Assembly (NCBI GenBank): GCA_041671045.1
Contig: JBAZCF010000002.1
Location: 213,370 to 277,369 of the forward strand
Origin: Parachlamydiales bacterium
Lineage (GTDB): Bacteria > Chlamydiota > Chlamydiia > Chlamydiales > JABDDJ01
Direction of reading: 5' to 3'
DNA length: 64,000 nt
Part shown: piece by piece, positions 9,438 to 20,800 of the stretch
How the letters are laid out: each line of letters opens with the position of its first letter
Position numbering within the stretch: the first letter of the stretch is position 1
The notes under the pieces: model-generated
Databases searched by the model: none
Told to the model about the DNA's origin: nothing
The model's input: only the letters and a program-made list of their open reading frames with translations
Made by a program: the position numbers and the translations under genes

Positions 9438-10958
9438 ATGAATGAAATGAGCGTGCGTGTACGTATTGCCCCTTCTCCCACAGGAGATCCTCATGTAGGC
9501 ACAGCCTATATGGCCTTGTTTAATCTCATCTTTGCCCGCCATAATAAAGGCACTTTTGTTCTGCGCATCGAGGATACGGACCGCACACGCAGCCGTCCTG
9601 AATATGAAGAAAATATCTATAAAGCCTTGCAATGGTGTGGGTTTCAATGGGATGAAGGTCCGGATGTAGGAGGACCTTACGGCCCTTATAGACAGTCAGA
9701 ACGCACGGAGATCTATCGCGAATACGTACAGAAGTTGCTTGATAAAGGCATGGCTTATAAATGCTTTTGTACTGCAGAAGATCTGGAAGAAATGCGCGAG
9801 CTACAATCCAAATTAGGAAACCGTCCCGGCTATGACCGCCGCTGCCGCAACTTGAGCGTAGAGGAAATCAGCCAGCGCGAATCCGAAGGCCGCCCTTATG
9901 TTATCCGTCTTAAAGTTCCTTTAAAAGGGGAATGCGAATATGTGGATGCCATCAAGGGACGTGTCACAGTGCCTTGGGCTGATGTGGATGACCAAGTTCT
10001 GCTTAAATCCGATGGGTTCCCTACTTACCATTTAGCTAACGTGGTCGATGATTACCTGATGAAAATCACCCATGTCATTCGTGGGGATGAATGGATGAGC
10101 TCAACTCCTAAACACGTTTTCTTATATGAAGCCTTTGGATGGCAGCCCCCACAATTTATGCATATGCCCCTACTTTTAGGGACAGACGGCAAAAAACTAT
10201 CTAAGCGCCGCAACCCCACTTCCATTTTCTACTATCGCGATAGCGGGTATTTGCGCGAAGCCTTCATCAACTTTTTGACTTTGATGGGCTATAGTATGCC
10301 TAATGATAAAGAGATCTATTCTTTAGAAGAGGTCATAGAAGCTTTTGATGTGAGCCGCATCGGTGTTTCCGGAGCAGTATTCGATATCCAAAAGCTGGAA
10401 TGGCTTAACCAGCATTACCTCATTAATAACATTTCTGAAGAACAACTTTGGCATAGACTGCGTCAGTGGAATTATAGCGACGAATACATGCAAAAACTGA
10501 TGCCCTTAGTGCATACGCGCATTAAGACATTTGCCGATTTCATGGAGCTATGCGATTTCTTTTTTGTTAACCATCTGAAGTATACACAAGAGCTGTTAAC
10601 ACCTAAGTCTATTACTCCTGAAGCTGCAAGCATGATTATACAGTGTATAATCTGGAGCCTAGATGAACAGGAAAACTGGGGAGCTGACGGTGTAAATCAA
10701 GCTTCTCGCCAAATAGCGGAAGCTTTCGGAATCAATCATAAGAAAGTCGTGATGCCTATTCTTTTTGGTAGTCTAATGGGCAAATCCCAGGGGCCACCAC
10801 TTTTTGATTCCGCGGCCTTGCTGGGGAAAGACCGTACACGAGTACGTTTTCTCAAAGCGATGGAATTCCTAGGGGGAATATCTAACAAAAAGTTATCCCT
10901 TCTTCAAAAAGCGTGGCAGAGCAAAAACTGCAGCCCTCTCTTAGAACCTAGCAAGTAA
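9438..10958 (+). CDS. gltX: Glutamyl-tRNA synthetase
   Basis: Class I aminoacyl-tRNA synthetase signatures are present: [11 protein letters not shown] (HIGH) and KLSKR (KMSKS). An ATG at 9447 has better SD spacing (AAGGA) and may be the true start. Confidence 0.95.
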   Translation: MNEMSVRVRIAPSPTGDPHVGTAYMALFNLIFARHNKGTFVLRIEDTDRTRSRPEYEENIYKALQWCGFQWDEGPDVGGPYGPYRQSERTEIYREYVQKLLDKGMAYKCFCTAEDLEEMRELQSKLGNRPGYDRRCRNLSVEEISQRESEGRPYVIRLKVPLKGECEYVDAIKGRVTVPWADVDDQVLLKSDGFPTYHLANVVDDYLMKITHVIRGDEWMSSTPKHVFLYEAFGWQPPQFMHMPLLLGTDGKKLSKRRNPTSIFYYRDSGYLREAFINFLTLMGYSMPNDKEIYSLEEVIEAFDVSRIGVSGAVFDIQKLEWLNQHYLINNISEEQLWHRLRQWNYSDEYMQKLMPLVHTRIKTFADFMELCDFFFVNHLKYTQELLTPKSITPEAASMIIQCIIWSLDEQENWGADGVNQASRQIAEAFGINHKKVVMPILFGSLMGKSQGPPLFDSAALLGKDRTRVRFLKAMEFLGGISNKKLSLLQKAWQSKNCSPLLEPSK

Positions 10959-10965
10959 AATTCTA

Positions 10966-11001
10966 AACCACGGACTAAGTATTCCTTCTTAGTTCGTGGT
11001 T
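10966..11001 (+). terminator. Hairpin downstream of gltX (candidate terminator or insulator)
   Basis: A 14-bp stem forms between AACCACGGACTAAG and CTTAGTTCGTGGTT (one G-T wobble) with an 8-nt loop. No clean T-run follows, so the terminator function is uncertain. Confidence 0.45.
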
Positions 11002-11140
11002 CTATGTATCTAATAATATTCTTATTTTTATCATCCTTTATATAATTTAATTTATTGTTTAAGTTTTTACTTTTTAATATTATAATCTTTGTTTTAATAT
11101 TAAAGTAAGGATTCATGAGTTAAATTACACGGAGGTAATT

Positions 11141-11791
11141 ATGAACGCTAGTCCAGCCCAATCCGGTGGGGGTGCCGGAGCAGTGTGGGATAAAGCTGTA
11201 GATACAGCCGCTATTGGTGCAACAGTTGCAGGAAAGGGAATCGCAGCCGGTGCGACAACAATAGGTAAATTGGGCTCCAATGCATGTAAATGGATTTACG
11301 ATAAAAGTGGCTTGCAAGGAGCTGTCAAATCCGCTTCCCAAAAATATAGCGATTTTCAAGCAGAGCGGAAGGAAACCAAAGCGTATTCAAATTTGGAAAT
11401 CGGCAAACACATTACAGGGAAAGATTTGAGTTCAAATTCTAGAACATCGGATGATGACGGAGATATGTTGGAGGATGATTTTGAGAGTGATCTTGAAGAG
11501 AGTGGAAGCCAAGAAGAACAAATTGAAATGCAGAATGAAGGTTTGAAGGAAAAAGCCAAAGTAAAAATAGGTGAGGTAAAAGAAAAGTTAAGTTCTAAAA
11601 TGGAAGAGTTTGAAGAAACTCAAAAATTGAAAGATATTTCAGTTGCTGGATCTAAAGCAATATTCAGCGTAGTGCAATTTATTTACAAAGCCCCCGGAAA
11701 AGTAATAGATGCTATAGAAAGACGTGCTGAAAATGCTGAATCAAAAAGTGTATCTGATGAATTAAAAAAATTACAAGAGCGTAATAAATAG
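11141..11791 (+). CDS. Hypothetical acidic protein, first gene of the giant-protein locus
   Basis: SD GGAGG lies 7 nt upstream of the ATG. The 216-aa product has a Gly/Ala-rich N-terminus (GGGAGAVWDKAVDTAAIGATVAGKGIAAGATTIG), a highly acidic middle (DDDGDMLEDDFESDLEESGSQEEQIEMQNE) and a Lys/Glu-rich helical tail. Confidence 0.7.
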   Translation: MNASPAQSGGGAGAVWDKAVDTAAIGATVAGKGIAAGATTIGKLGSNACKWIYDKSGLQGAVKSASQKYSDFQAERKETKAYSNLEIGKHITGKDLSSNSRTSDDDGDMLEDDFESDLEESGSQEEQIEMQNEGLKEKAKVKIGEVKEKLSSKMEEFEETQKLKDISVAGSKAIFSVVQFIYKAPGKVIDAIERRAENAESKSVSDELKKLQERNK

Positions 11792-11862
11792 TTAATATTG
11801 ACTGTAATATAAATTAGAGTTAATATAACGGATTAATTATTTAAAATAGTAATTTTTCCGTT

Positions 11863-14800
11863 ATGACTTCAATTTATAATAATAATTTATCTGTTAATTC
11901 TTCTAATTTTTGTTCATTAGATATATATGATCCCATAAGAAATATACCTACGGGTGCTCCCCCCCTGATTTTACCTCGAGAAAGCTCTGGCGATAGAGGC
12001 AGGGCTTACGCTCTGAATACAAGACTCATAGACAATACCGCAAATTTTACAAATACTCCCCCTCCCTTTGATAATTCCATCTTAGACATGGAAATCCTTT
12101 GTAAAAATGTTAAAGACTACTTAGTAAATACTAAGTTTGGGACGAAAACACTCATAGAGCGTTGGATTGCTATACGAGAAGGAGCAAAATATCGATCGAA
12201 AGATATCCCTGCGGAAAAAAAGCCACCCCTACCTAAATTTTGCATAGTAGGTAGCACTGCAATTGAAGTGTTAGACGAGGAAAACCGTACACGTATTTTC
12301 AATCATGCACAAGTCGAGGCACTGAATACGGATTTTGCGAAAGAAAATCTAGGAAAGAAATCCAACGACTTAGACGTTAGAGCGATACCCGCTGTCACCA
12401 GTTGGGATGAAAACATTAAAATGCTGGTCGATTTTCTATTAGCAAGCAGTTCGCAGCAACAAAGAAGCCTCTATTATGAAGAGGAATGGGGTGTTTTAGA
12501 GAACCTTCTAACTGAAATCTTAAGATATACTGTTGTTCCTACCTTAGGGGAATACTTTTTAGTGCGTCAACCGAAAGTAGACCAAGGGATTGGAACTCCA
12601 AAAACACCTTTTCTGGCAGATAGTTCTAATCTATGGCTGGAAATAGACCCCGATTCCTTAACTCCTAGTGGAGATAATCTAAAAATAAAGGTTGTTTGCG
12701 GAAATAATGCACATCCGGCCAAAGCGTTGGTGCATAAGGCATATGGTTATTTTGACCTGGACCCCAAAGGGAAAAACTATACAGCTCCTATCGTCTATTG
12801 TTCAGCCATGGTGGCGGATAAGCGGACTATTTCAAGGGCAAAGCTTGAAGAGCTTATTTCATCACTTATACTCGTCTGGAAAATAAAAAAAGCCGATCAG
12901 ATTGCTGTCACCTTACGTAATGTAGTGCAGTCACACCACAAGCAGAGTGTAGATGAGGCTTTAGCAGTCGTTTTACTAAAGCTTGAATGTGCAATAAATG
13001 CCTTAAATGTGGAAGGCAAGCCTCCTGTTATTTCCTCTGCTTTATTTCAAGAAGTGTGGAGAAATCTCTTTCTGAATAATGAAAGAAATGGAAATAGCCT
13101 TTTAGAAGTGATATTAAAACTGCGCTTGGATAGCAAATGTCCTGCAGAGCTTATTAATGCATTTTTAACAGTTGTAGGGGCTGCATATTTAGCTATGCCT
13201 TATGACGGGCTGAATTATGATGAGAACGAAGTTATTTATACTGAACAAGAAGGGGTGCCGTCTGCACAGTTTAAAGTAGGGACGGATGTCTATCTTCACC
13301 TGCCCCTGGATTTTGAAAAAGCTGTTGAAGTCATTGAAAAATATTATTTAGCAAATGCTAGAGAAATTCCTTCCGAAGTTTCTACCCTGGTCTTTGGGCT
13401 GTTAGAGAAGATATGCGATAATGAATTATTTGATGGATTCGGACCTTCGCGTCTGTATCAATTTAAAACAAAAATCCCCTCTAGTTTTACCGATGTAAAA
13501 GTCGCCTTACAAACTTGGTCTGAAAGTCCTAGTCCTGTTTTAAGAGCTGCAGCAGCGCATATGTGGGCTGTTTATAGCGAGCTAGGGGATGCGGAAGCAA
13601 TGAAAAGTTTGTTTTTGCACGATATGTTGAATCTCGACGACAAAATTAGAAATTATATAATTTTAAAAATACTGTGTGTACAAAGCCCTGAAACACAATG
13701 GGGGTTGATAGAACACGAATGTGAAAGACAGAACATACCCCACGCATTAGCCGCAACACGAAAACCCGAATTATGCAGGCTTGCGATGGAGATGCAGCAA
13801 AAGAAAGTGTCGAAAAGTTTCTTTCATTTGCTTCTGGAAGCGGACGCTGCCGCTGCATTAGACTATCTAGATAGAATTAAAGACGAAGAAGAAGCAAAAG
13901 CACTGACAGAAGTATTCATAGATAAATGTTTTCAGAAAGCTCCTAGAGAAATCCTCCAAGCAAAATTTGAAGTCCTCTATGCAATAGCTCCTCACAACTC
14001 GCATGTGATTAGGTTTTGTATCTCTGACCGTCAGGACATGTTAGCAGATCTATTGGTCAAAGTAAGAGACAATAGCGTTGGGATGAACAAGCATGATTTA
14101 TTTGAGTGTTGCCTTAAAGCGGTGAGTCTCCCGAAAACAGATAAAATGACCATTATAGAGATTCTAGAAAGTGAAAAAGAAAGTTTAGCGGATTTGTGGC
14201 AGCGCTGTGAAAAAGAGATAATTTTACCTATAGCGATGGAACTTCTGAGTTCTGAGGACATCGCTTTTGTAGAGGCAGGGAAGAATCTTAAGGAACAGTT
14301 GAAAAAAGAGCTATCTAATGCAGAACTAGCTCCGCTTTTAGATCCTGCCTTTAAAATACATTACAGATTAGTCTCTCTTGAATCAACTGTAAGGCTGAAA
14401 AAGTCTGATGAGGCAGTAAAAAAACTCTTCAAGTTGGCTGCAATGCCCCTAGACGCAGCAGCCAAAGTAAGACTGGAAGCTGCGGCTCTCTCCTTGACCA
14501 CGCATCTTATCAGTGAAATATCTACCCCGCATGCTGTGGAACTTTTGGCGCGTATTTTTGTAAACCCGGATCTTAAAACCTTCGACAAAATCCATAGATC
14601 GATTTGGATAGGCTGCAGTGCTTATATCATACAAAGTAAGGAAGCGACTGAAGATAAGTATTCAAAATCTATTCCGGCATTATTGCAGATCAGCCTCAAA
14701 TGGTTAGAGATTACGCCTTCAATTCATAAAACAGAACTAAAGAACCATACTGACAGCTTATTGGCTCTATTATCCCTATTACAAAAGCTTCCAGTTAATA

Positions 14801-17800
14801 TCCCTCAAGTTATCTTATTGTACAGAGCGTTGAGTAACCATACTCAAATCAAGATAAAATTCCATTCCATCGAATTGACCGGTTTAAATCTTATTCACTT
14901 CTTTGAAACGGCTTTAAAAGAAAAGTATTTGGACCTTGCTGGTTTTGCTTTGAATAAGCTGCTTACTGATTCCAAAGAAATGAAATTCCTGGAGAGTTCT
15001 CCACATTCATTGAAGCGGCGGTTAATCCGCAGTTTTGCCCGCCAATGGAAAAACGATCCTTCACAGCTTAAACAGGCAGCAAATTGGCTTAAAAGCAGCA
15101 ATCGTATTTTTTTAGGTGATTCCATCTGGCTAGGTTGCGTCTGTCGTTGGCTACACGAAGTAAATAGATTGCAGGATCATATAGGATCGGAGGTTGTAGA
15201 GAAGGTTATCAAAGAATGGATGGATTATGTAAGAAATAATAAAGAACATGTAGATCCTTCAAAGAATACTGTCCTTGTATTGACATTACTCTCATTACTA
15301 GAAAAGCCGAATTATTCAAATCTGAAGTCGTTATTTACGCAAGATATCCTATTGGTTATGTATTGTTCTTTGAGCTTGCGTCATTCTGCACAGCGTAATG
15401 CAATGCAAAAACTACACTCCCTAGCGTTATCCGTTGGAGCTATCCTTTCTTCTAATGTGGACTCACCTAAGAACAATGTATTTCTGATACAGGTATTCAG
15501 GCGCTTATGGAAGGAAGAAAAGTTCAAAGAAGCATTATTGATTTTTGAACAATTTGCAAATGCATTTAATGAAAAAGGACAAAAAATAGCTTCATCAATG
15601 GCTTTTGAGATACTCGAGTGTATCGAATTGATGGAAGGTAACGCCTGTACAGAATGCATTTTAGAACTACTGATTAAGCTGAAAGATTCGGTGGAAGGTT
15701 CTTCTACGCATGCTTACTGGAAATACTGTTTTAAATCGTTATTTCGCTTTTCCTGTGCAAAAGAGAATTTTGTTTTAGCTGCAAAGATCTGTTTGTTTTC
15801 CGATGATCTCAAAGATCTGACAGATGCTGTTATCAAAGGTTTGTTAGTTAAATTGGACCTTCAGAAATTTGACTATATCAACCAATTGTTAAAGAAAAAC
15901 CCTCATAAATGCTCTCTTCAGATGTGGAAGCAGATTTGGGTTATAGGAACTTCTAAAAAGCTGTATGCAGAGCTCTTGGAGTGTTACCCTCTGTTCAGCG
16001 TTTCTTATCCATTTAAAGGTGGTGATCCACTTCTGGAAGAAATCTATGCTTTAGTCCTTAATGTTCTTTTCCTACAAGAATCTCCGTTGCTGCCTTTATT
16101 TCTCAATGCTAACCTGCAGCAATTAGAACAGATGTCTCTGAGATCTACTACAAACTCCTCTTTACGTCTTCATCTTTCTCAGTTATTGCTGGATAGGCTT
16201 TTGACCGGAGAATATGTCGAGGGACAGGGAAAAAGGATATGGTCTCTATGGCTTAACCTTAAACAGCTGCCTTTAGATGTAAATATCACTGAAAAATATG
16301 CCGCATCCCTCTTTGCCTATAGCTTTAAGCACCGCGACGATTTCCTAATTGAAAATATCTTGGAGCACTACAAAGAACGCATTAAATCGGACCCAGCGAG
16401 CGTACGTAAGAAGTACGAAGAACAATTAAATGCATTGGAGCACTGGCCAGAGCATTTTAATACCAAGTTTTATTTATTCTTATTTATTTTGTATGTAAAT
16501 GCCGGTCAAATGGTTTCGTATGATGTAACGTTAAACTGGTTGCTTCGTCATGTTGAGAATAAAGAAGCCGGTTTTTTCACCTTCTATCTCTTTTCACAAT
16601 TTAGTAAATTCTATCCCCTTCAATGTGCGAATTTTATAGAGCAGAACTCTCAGAAATTTGATGCACTTATCGATGTATTAGCATGTAGTGAGCAGAACTT
16701 TAACGAAATATATTCTATCCTTGCTCAGATATATCAAAGTGACGCTATTGCAAAGGACAAGTATGGCAAATTGTTGTCCAAGTTATTTTCTCTTCATTTT
16801 GTTTTAGATGAAAACAACCCAAACCCCCTGTGCGTAGATAGGGAACGGATGGATAAGTTCTTAGATTCTGCGGCTCATCTTACACAAAGCTCTGAATATA
16901 AAGATTATTATACTTCCAGTGTGATAACGACATGCAGAATTCTTACTTCGAAAGAAGACTTAAGTGTATTTCTGAATTACTCTAATCGTATTATTAATTT
17001 AATTGATGTGAAAGCTCCTGACCAAAATCTTGTGACCACTTTTGTTCTCCAAATAAGTCAGGCCGTGCAAAGCAGAATGTTGACAAGGGAACAACGGACC
17101 GTGGCTAATTCTGTCCTAATGCTCTTGTTAAAGTGCTTTGCTGAGGTCAAGTGTGTGTTGGACAATGGAACCTTGGAGCTTGTATATGATACAATAGAAC
17201 ACTTGGTTTTATCTTCATCCTTTGAAAACCCCGTAAATGTAGAAAAAATTCTTCCTCTTTTGAATATCCTTAAAAGAGATCCAATGCTCTTGATAGCATT
17301 AGAAATTTTCTCGCAAGATTCCAGTTTTATCCTTAAGAAATACGATAATAAACAAATTCTTAGCGGCATAAAATATCTTTTTATAAAAGCAGCGCACGCT
17401 GATCCTGTCCCATTTGGAGTTTTGTTCGGTATTATTAAGAGATATTCCAATGTAAAAGATATTCTTAAAGACAATGCGGATGAACAGATATCTTTATTGG
17501 AGCATTTATATTTGTTTGGCTCCTCTGTAGATGAGATTCTCCTGGTCTTAAATTATATCAACAATAACCAGCATGTACTGGGGGAACGGTGGAGTTCTGG
17601 GAATAAATCTAAAGCCCTTGGACTTCATTTCATCTGCCTCCGAAAATTTTTAAATGTTAACTCTAGTCATTTCACCTCTCTGCAGATTAGCTATGAACAA
17701 TTAATATCCGCATTCCAGGCTTTTCATCGTTTAATAAAGAAAGATTTTTTCGTTCTTAATAGCAACGATACGAGCAACAGAGAATTATTTCATAATTTTG

Positions 17801-20800
17801 CGAGTATGACTTTAGATACTATGAAATTCTGTTTGATGAATTCAACAAGCTTTAATGATAAGCAATCTGAGTTGATACAATTTATTCTAAATAATATCTA
17901 TCATCTTTGTGTGAAGCCCATTAGTCGTTCGCAGTTCCTTAGGGAGGATATGGAATTATCTAAGAAGCTTTTGACAATATGTGTAGAAGTCACAGCTATT
18001 GCTGAAAGATGCGGTGGGATTAATAGAAACTGGCTCTGTGGTGTGTATATTCAGGGTTCCATTATTCAGCATCCCTTGGATATTTTCCCTTTTCTATCGA
18101 ATGAGGCAAGAGACTATGCAATCATACATTTCCTTAAAGTCTATTCAGCTGAAACGGCATTACGAGAAGCTTTTGATTATTGTGATAGAAGCGAAAGCAA
18201 GGAATCAATGTTACTTTGCTTAGATTATATATCGAGAATAGTCTTAGAGGTTAATCAAAGCAATGATTGCAATGACATTCCTGATGAACTTAGACAAAGG
18301 CATAAAGACCTTCTGTTAGCTATTGTAAAACAATCTCTTACGTTAAATGAACGTAAATCCCATCTTGTTCATCTGACAACACTCTCCAACAAGGGATATT
18401 TTAAACAAGATATTGAAGCTGTCCATGAGACAATTTTGAATGCAATGGAGATATTGATCCTGGAAGAAGAGAAGGGCTTCTGTTCTACTCTAATTAAACT
18501 TATGGATGGTTTTGAATTCTGGTTGAAAGAGCCTATCCGCAATGAAAAAGTTGCCTTTTGCATTAAAAATAAAGGCGTTATTTTCGGTAATGAATTTGTC
18601 AAGGAAACACTTTGCAAGACTATTACTGCTTTTGTTGAACACCAGGTCAAAACTCAACAAGAAGCCTATTTGAGTTGGATAACTTCATTTCTTTTCCTTA
18701 TGGATGATCTTTCGGAAAGAAATCGTGTCATTAGATTGTGCGTGCAGGGTGCGTTGCTCAATGAACAGTACGAGTATGCATTAATTTTCATAAATATCTT
18801 AAAAGATGATTTTGGGGATGCAGATAAGAAGAGCGTCGATACAGTATTCACAATGCTTTTGCGATCCCCAATATTTGCAGGCAGCACAGAGATTCTTTTT
18901 AGTACGCAATTAGTATATTTGCTTACCCATCCTGTTTACCAAAATATTTTTCAAAGATATTCACTATCTCTTGAGATCTTAACCCTCTTAAGATTGAGAG
19001 CAATGCGGGATGGTGAGAATGGAAATGTTGCAAATGATATCCTTGAAAAAATGCTCTTAAGAACGATAAAGAGTGACATTGAAAAGAGGGCGTTAAAAAA
19101 AGCCCTAAGCAAAGAGTATATGGACACTCTAGTAGATACTCTAGGAATGATTACTGAACAAAAAAACAAACGCAAGGAAAGAGAGCTTGATTCTGATGAG
19201 TTGCAAGTGTACAAAGAAATCTTTGTGCTTTTGTGGAATAACACTTCGCAAACTATTCGTGACAATTCCCTGTTATTGTTAACCCTTGGCTTTTGCACCA
19301 AAGAGACCTTGGATAGTTTAGATGATAAGGTGAAAGATCTTATAAAACGCTCTCTCCTTACCTATCTAAAAACAGTTTTCAAAGATAAAAAAACTACGCG
19401 CCTTAAGGAATTTAAAGATATCTTGGACGAGATATTTTTACAGGATTTATGTGATATCAAAACCCTTATCTTCGGCATTGAATTCTATTATGAAATGGCC
19501 GAAGCATTCTATAAACAGGGCTTAGTTCCAGACACTTTTATGTGGCTTGATAAATATCTGTCGGCTTATCAGGAAACCAATTTCGAAAATCTTCCTTCTG
19601 ATATCCACAAGAAAGTAGATTTTATTTTTCACCTCTCTTTAAAACACAAAGAATGGTTTACGCTGTGTACTTTAGTGGACTTAATAGAAAAAACCCATCC
19701 AGAAAAGCAAGCTAAAGCCTATTTCAAAAAAGTACAAAACTTCACTTCTTTAGAGGAATCATTATCTTTTGTGAAAGAACTGGATGAAATGAAGTGGATC
19801 GCAGATATATTTCCTGTTAAATCACTACTTCAGAAGTACTTGCGACCTGATTCACTCAAAGATATTACTCTTATTTTTGAAATTGTAGAACTATATAAAA
19901 TATTTGACGCCTCTATATGGAATGAGATCCTCTTGATCATTCAAAAATGTAATGTAGAGAATATAGATTCGAATGTAATACAGCTTATCCAAAGGATTAG
20001 TATGGAAAGAAAGTTTGCAGACAACCTATCACTGCAAGCTAGATTATTTTCGGCACTTCTGACAGTTTTTAATAAAAGCAAAATTCACCTTGAGTTGCCG
20101 CTAGAAATAACTGAGGAGAATCTAGACAAGTTAGCTGCGCACTCCTCAGAGATTAAAGCAGAAGTTTTAGAGAATGGTAGTTACCTTAAGGCATACAATG
20201 CTGAGACTTTAAATCGTCTACTGAACATTTTGTTGAATAATCCGGCATTCAGCCGCTATGACGGGATGTACTTGCGGCAGATTATTCAGGCCAATGATAT
20301 GGAAACTATCGTTAAAGCACTTAGATTAGTCCAAAGGCATCTCCAAGATCAGGACCCTAAAATATTTTTACAGATGTATGCACTTTTGCTTAAGCGTGCG
20401 TTGGATATTGTAAAACAAGGAAATACTGTCACAAAAGAGTTTCTCAAAGTAACAAAGCAAATCAATGCAATTTTGATGAAGAGTACGCAGATAACCCCGC
20501 TGTTTTTCACATATGTTGTAAGCTTGGCGGGATTTGGATACGACAAGTTATATTATGAAGCTGTGGAATTGTTTGATTTTACTCTGGAATATGTCCAAAG
20601 CTCTCTATTGATGAATGAGTTGAAAAGGTTCAATGAAGCGAAAGAAAGTATTTTCCAAGCTTTGTCGCAAACGGGGGCTCCTTTAGTTGTATGTAAGGTG
20701 TGGGGTAAAGCAAAAGATAAAGGACTCATAGCAAAGGAAGAGTATGAAAATGGAATGATTTTGATCCTTGAGCTCGTATTGAAATGTCATGTCTCTCCTT

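Noticed and set aside
9129-9647. A minus-strand 172-aa ORF spanning the tsp-gltX junction.
   Set aside because: It overlaps the confident 3' end of tsp and 5' end of gltX on the opposite strand. It has no recognisable motifs and no SD.
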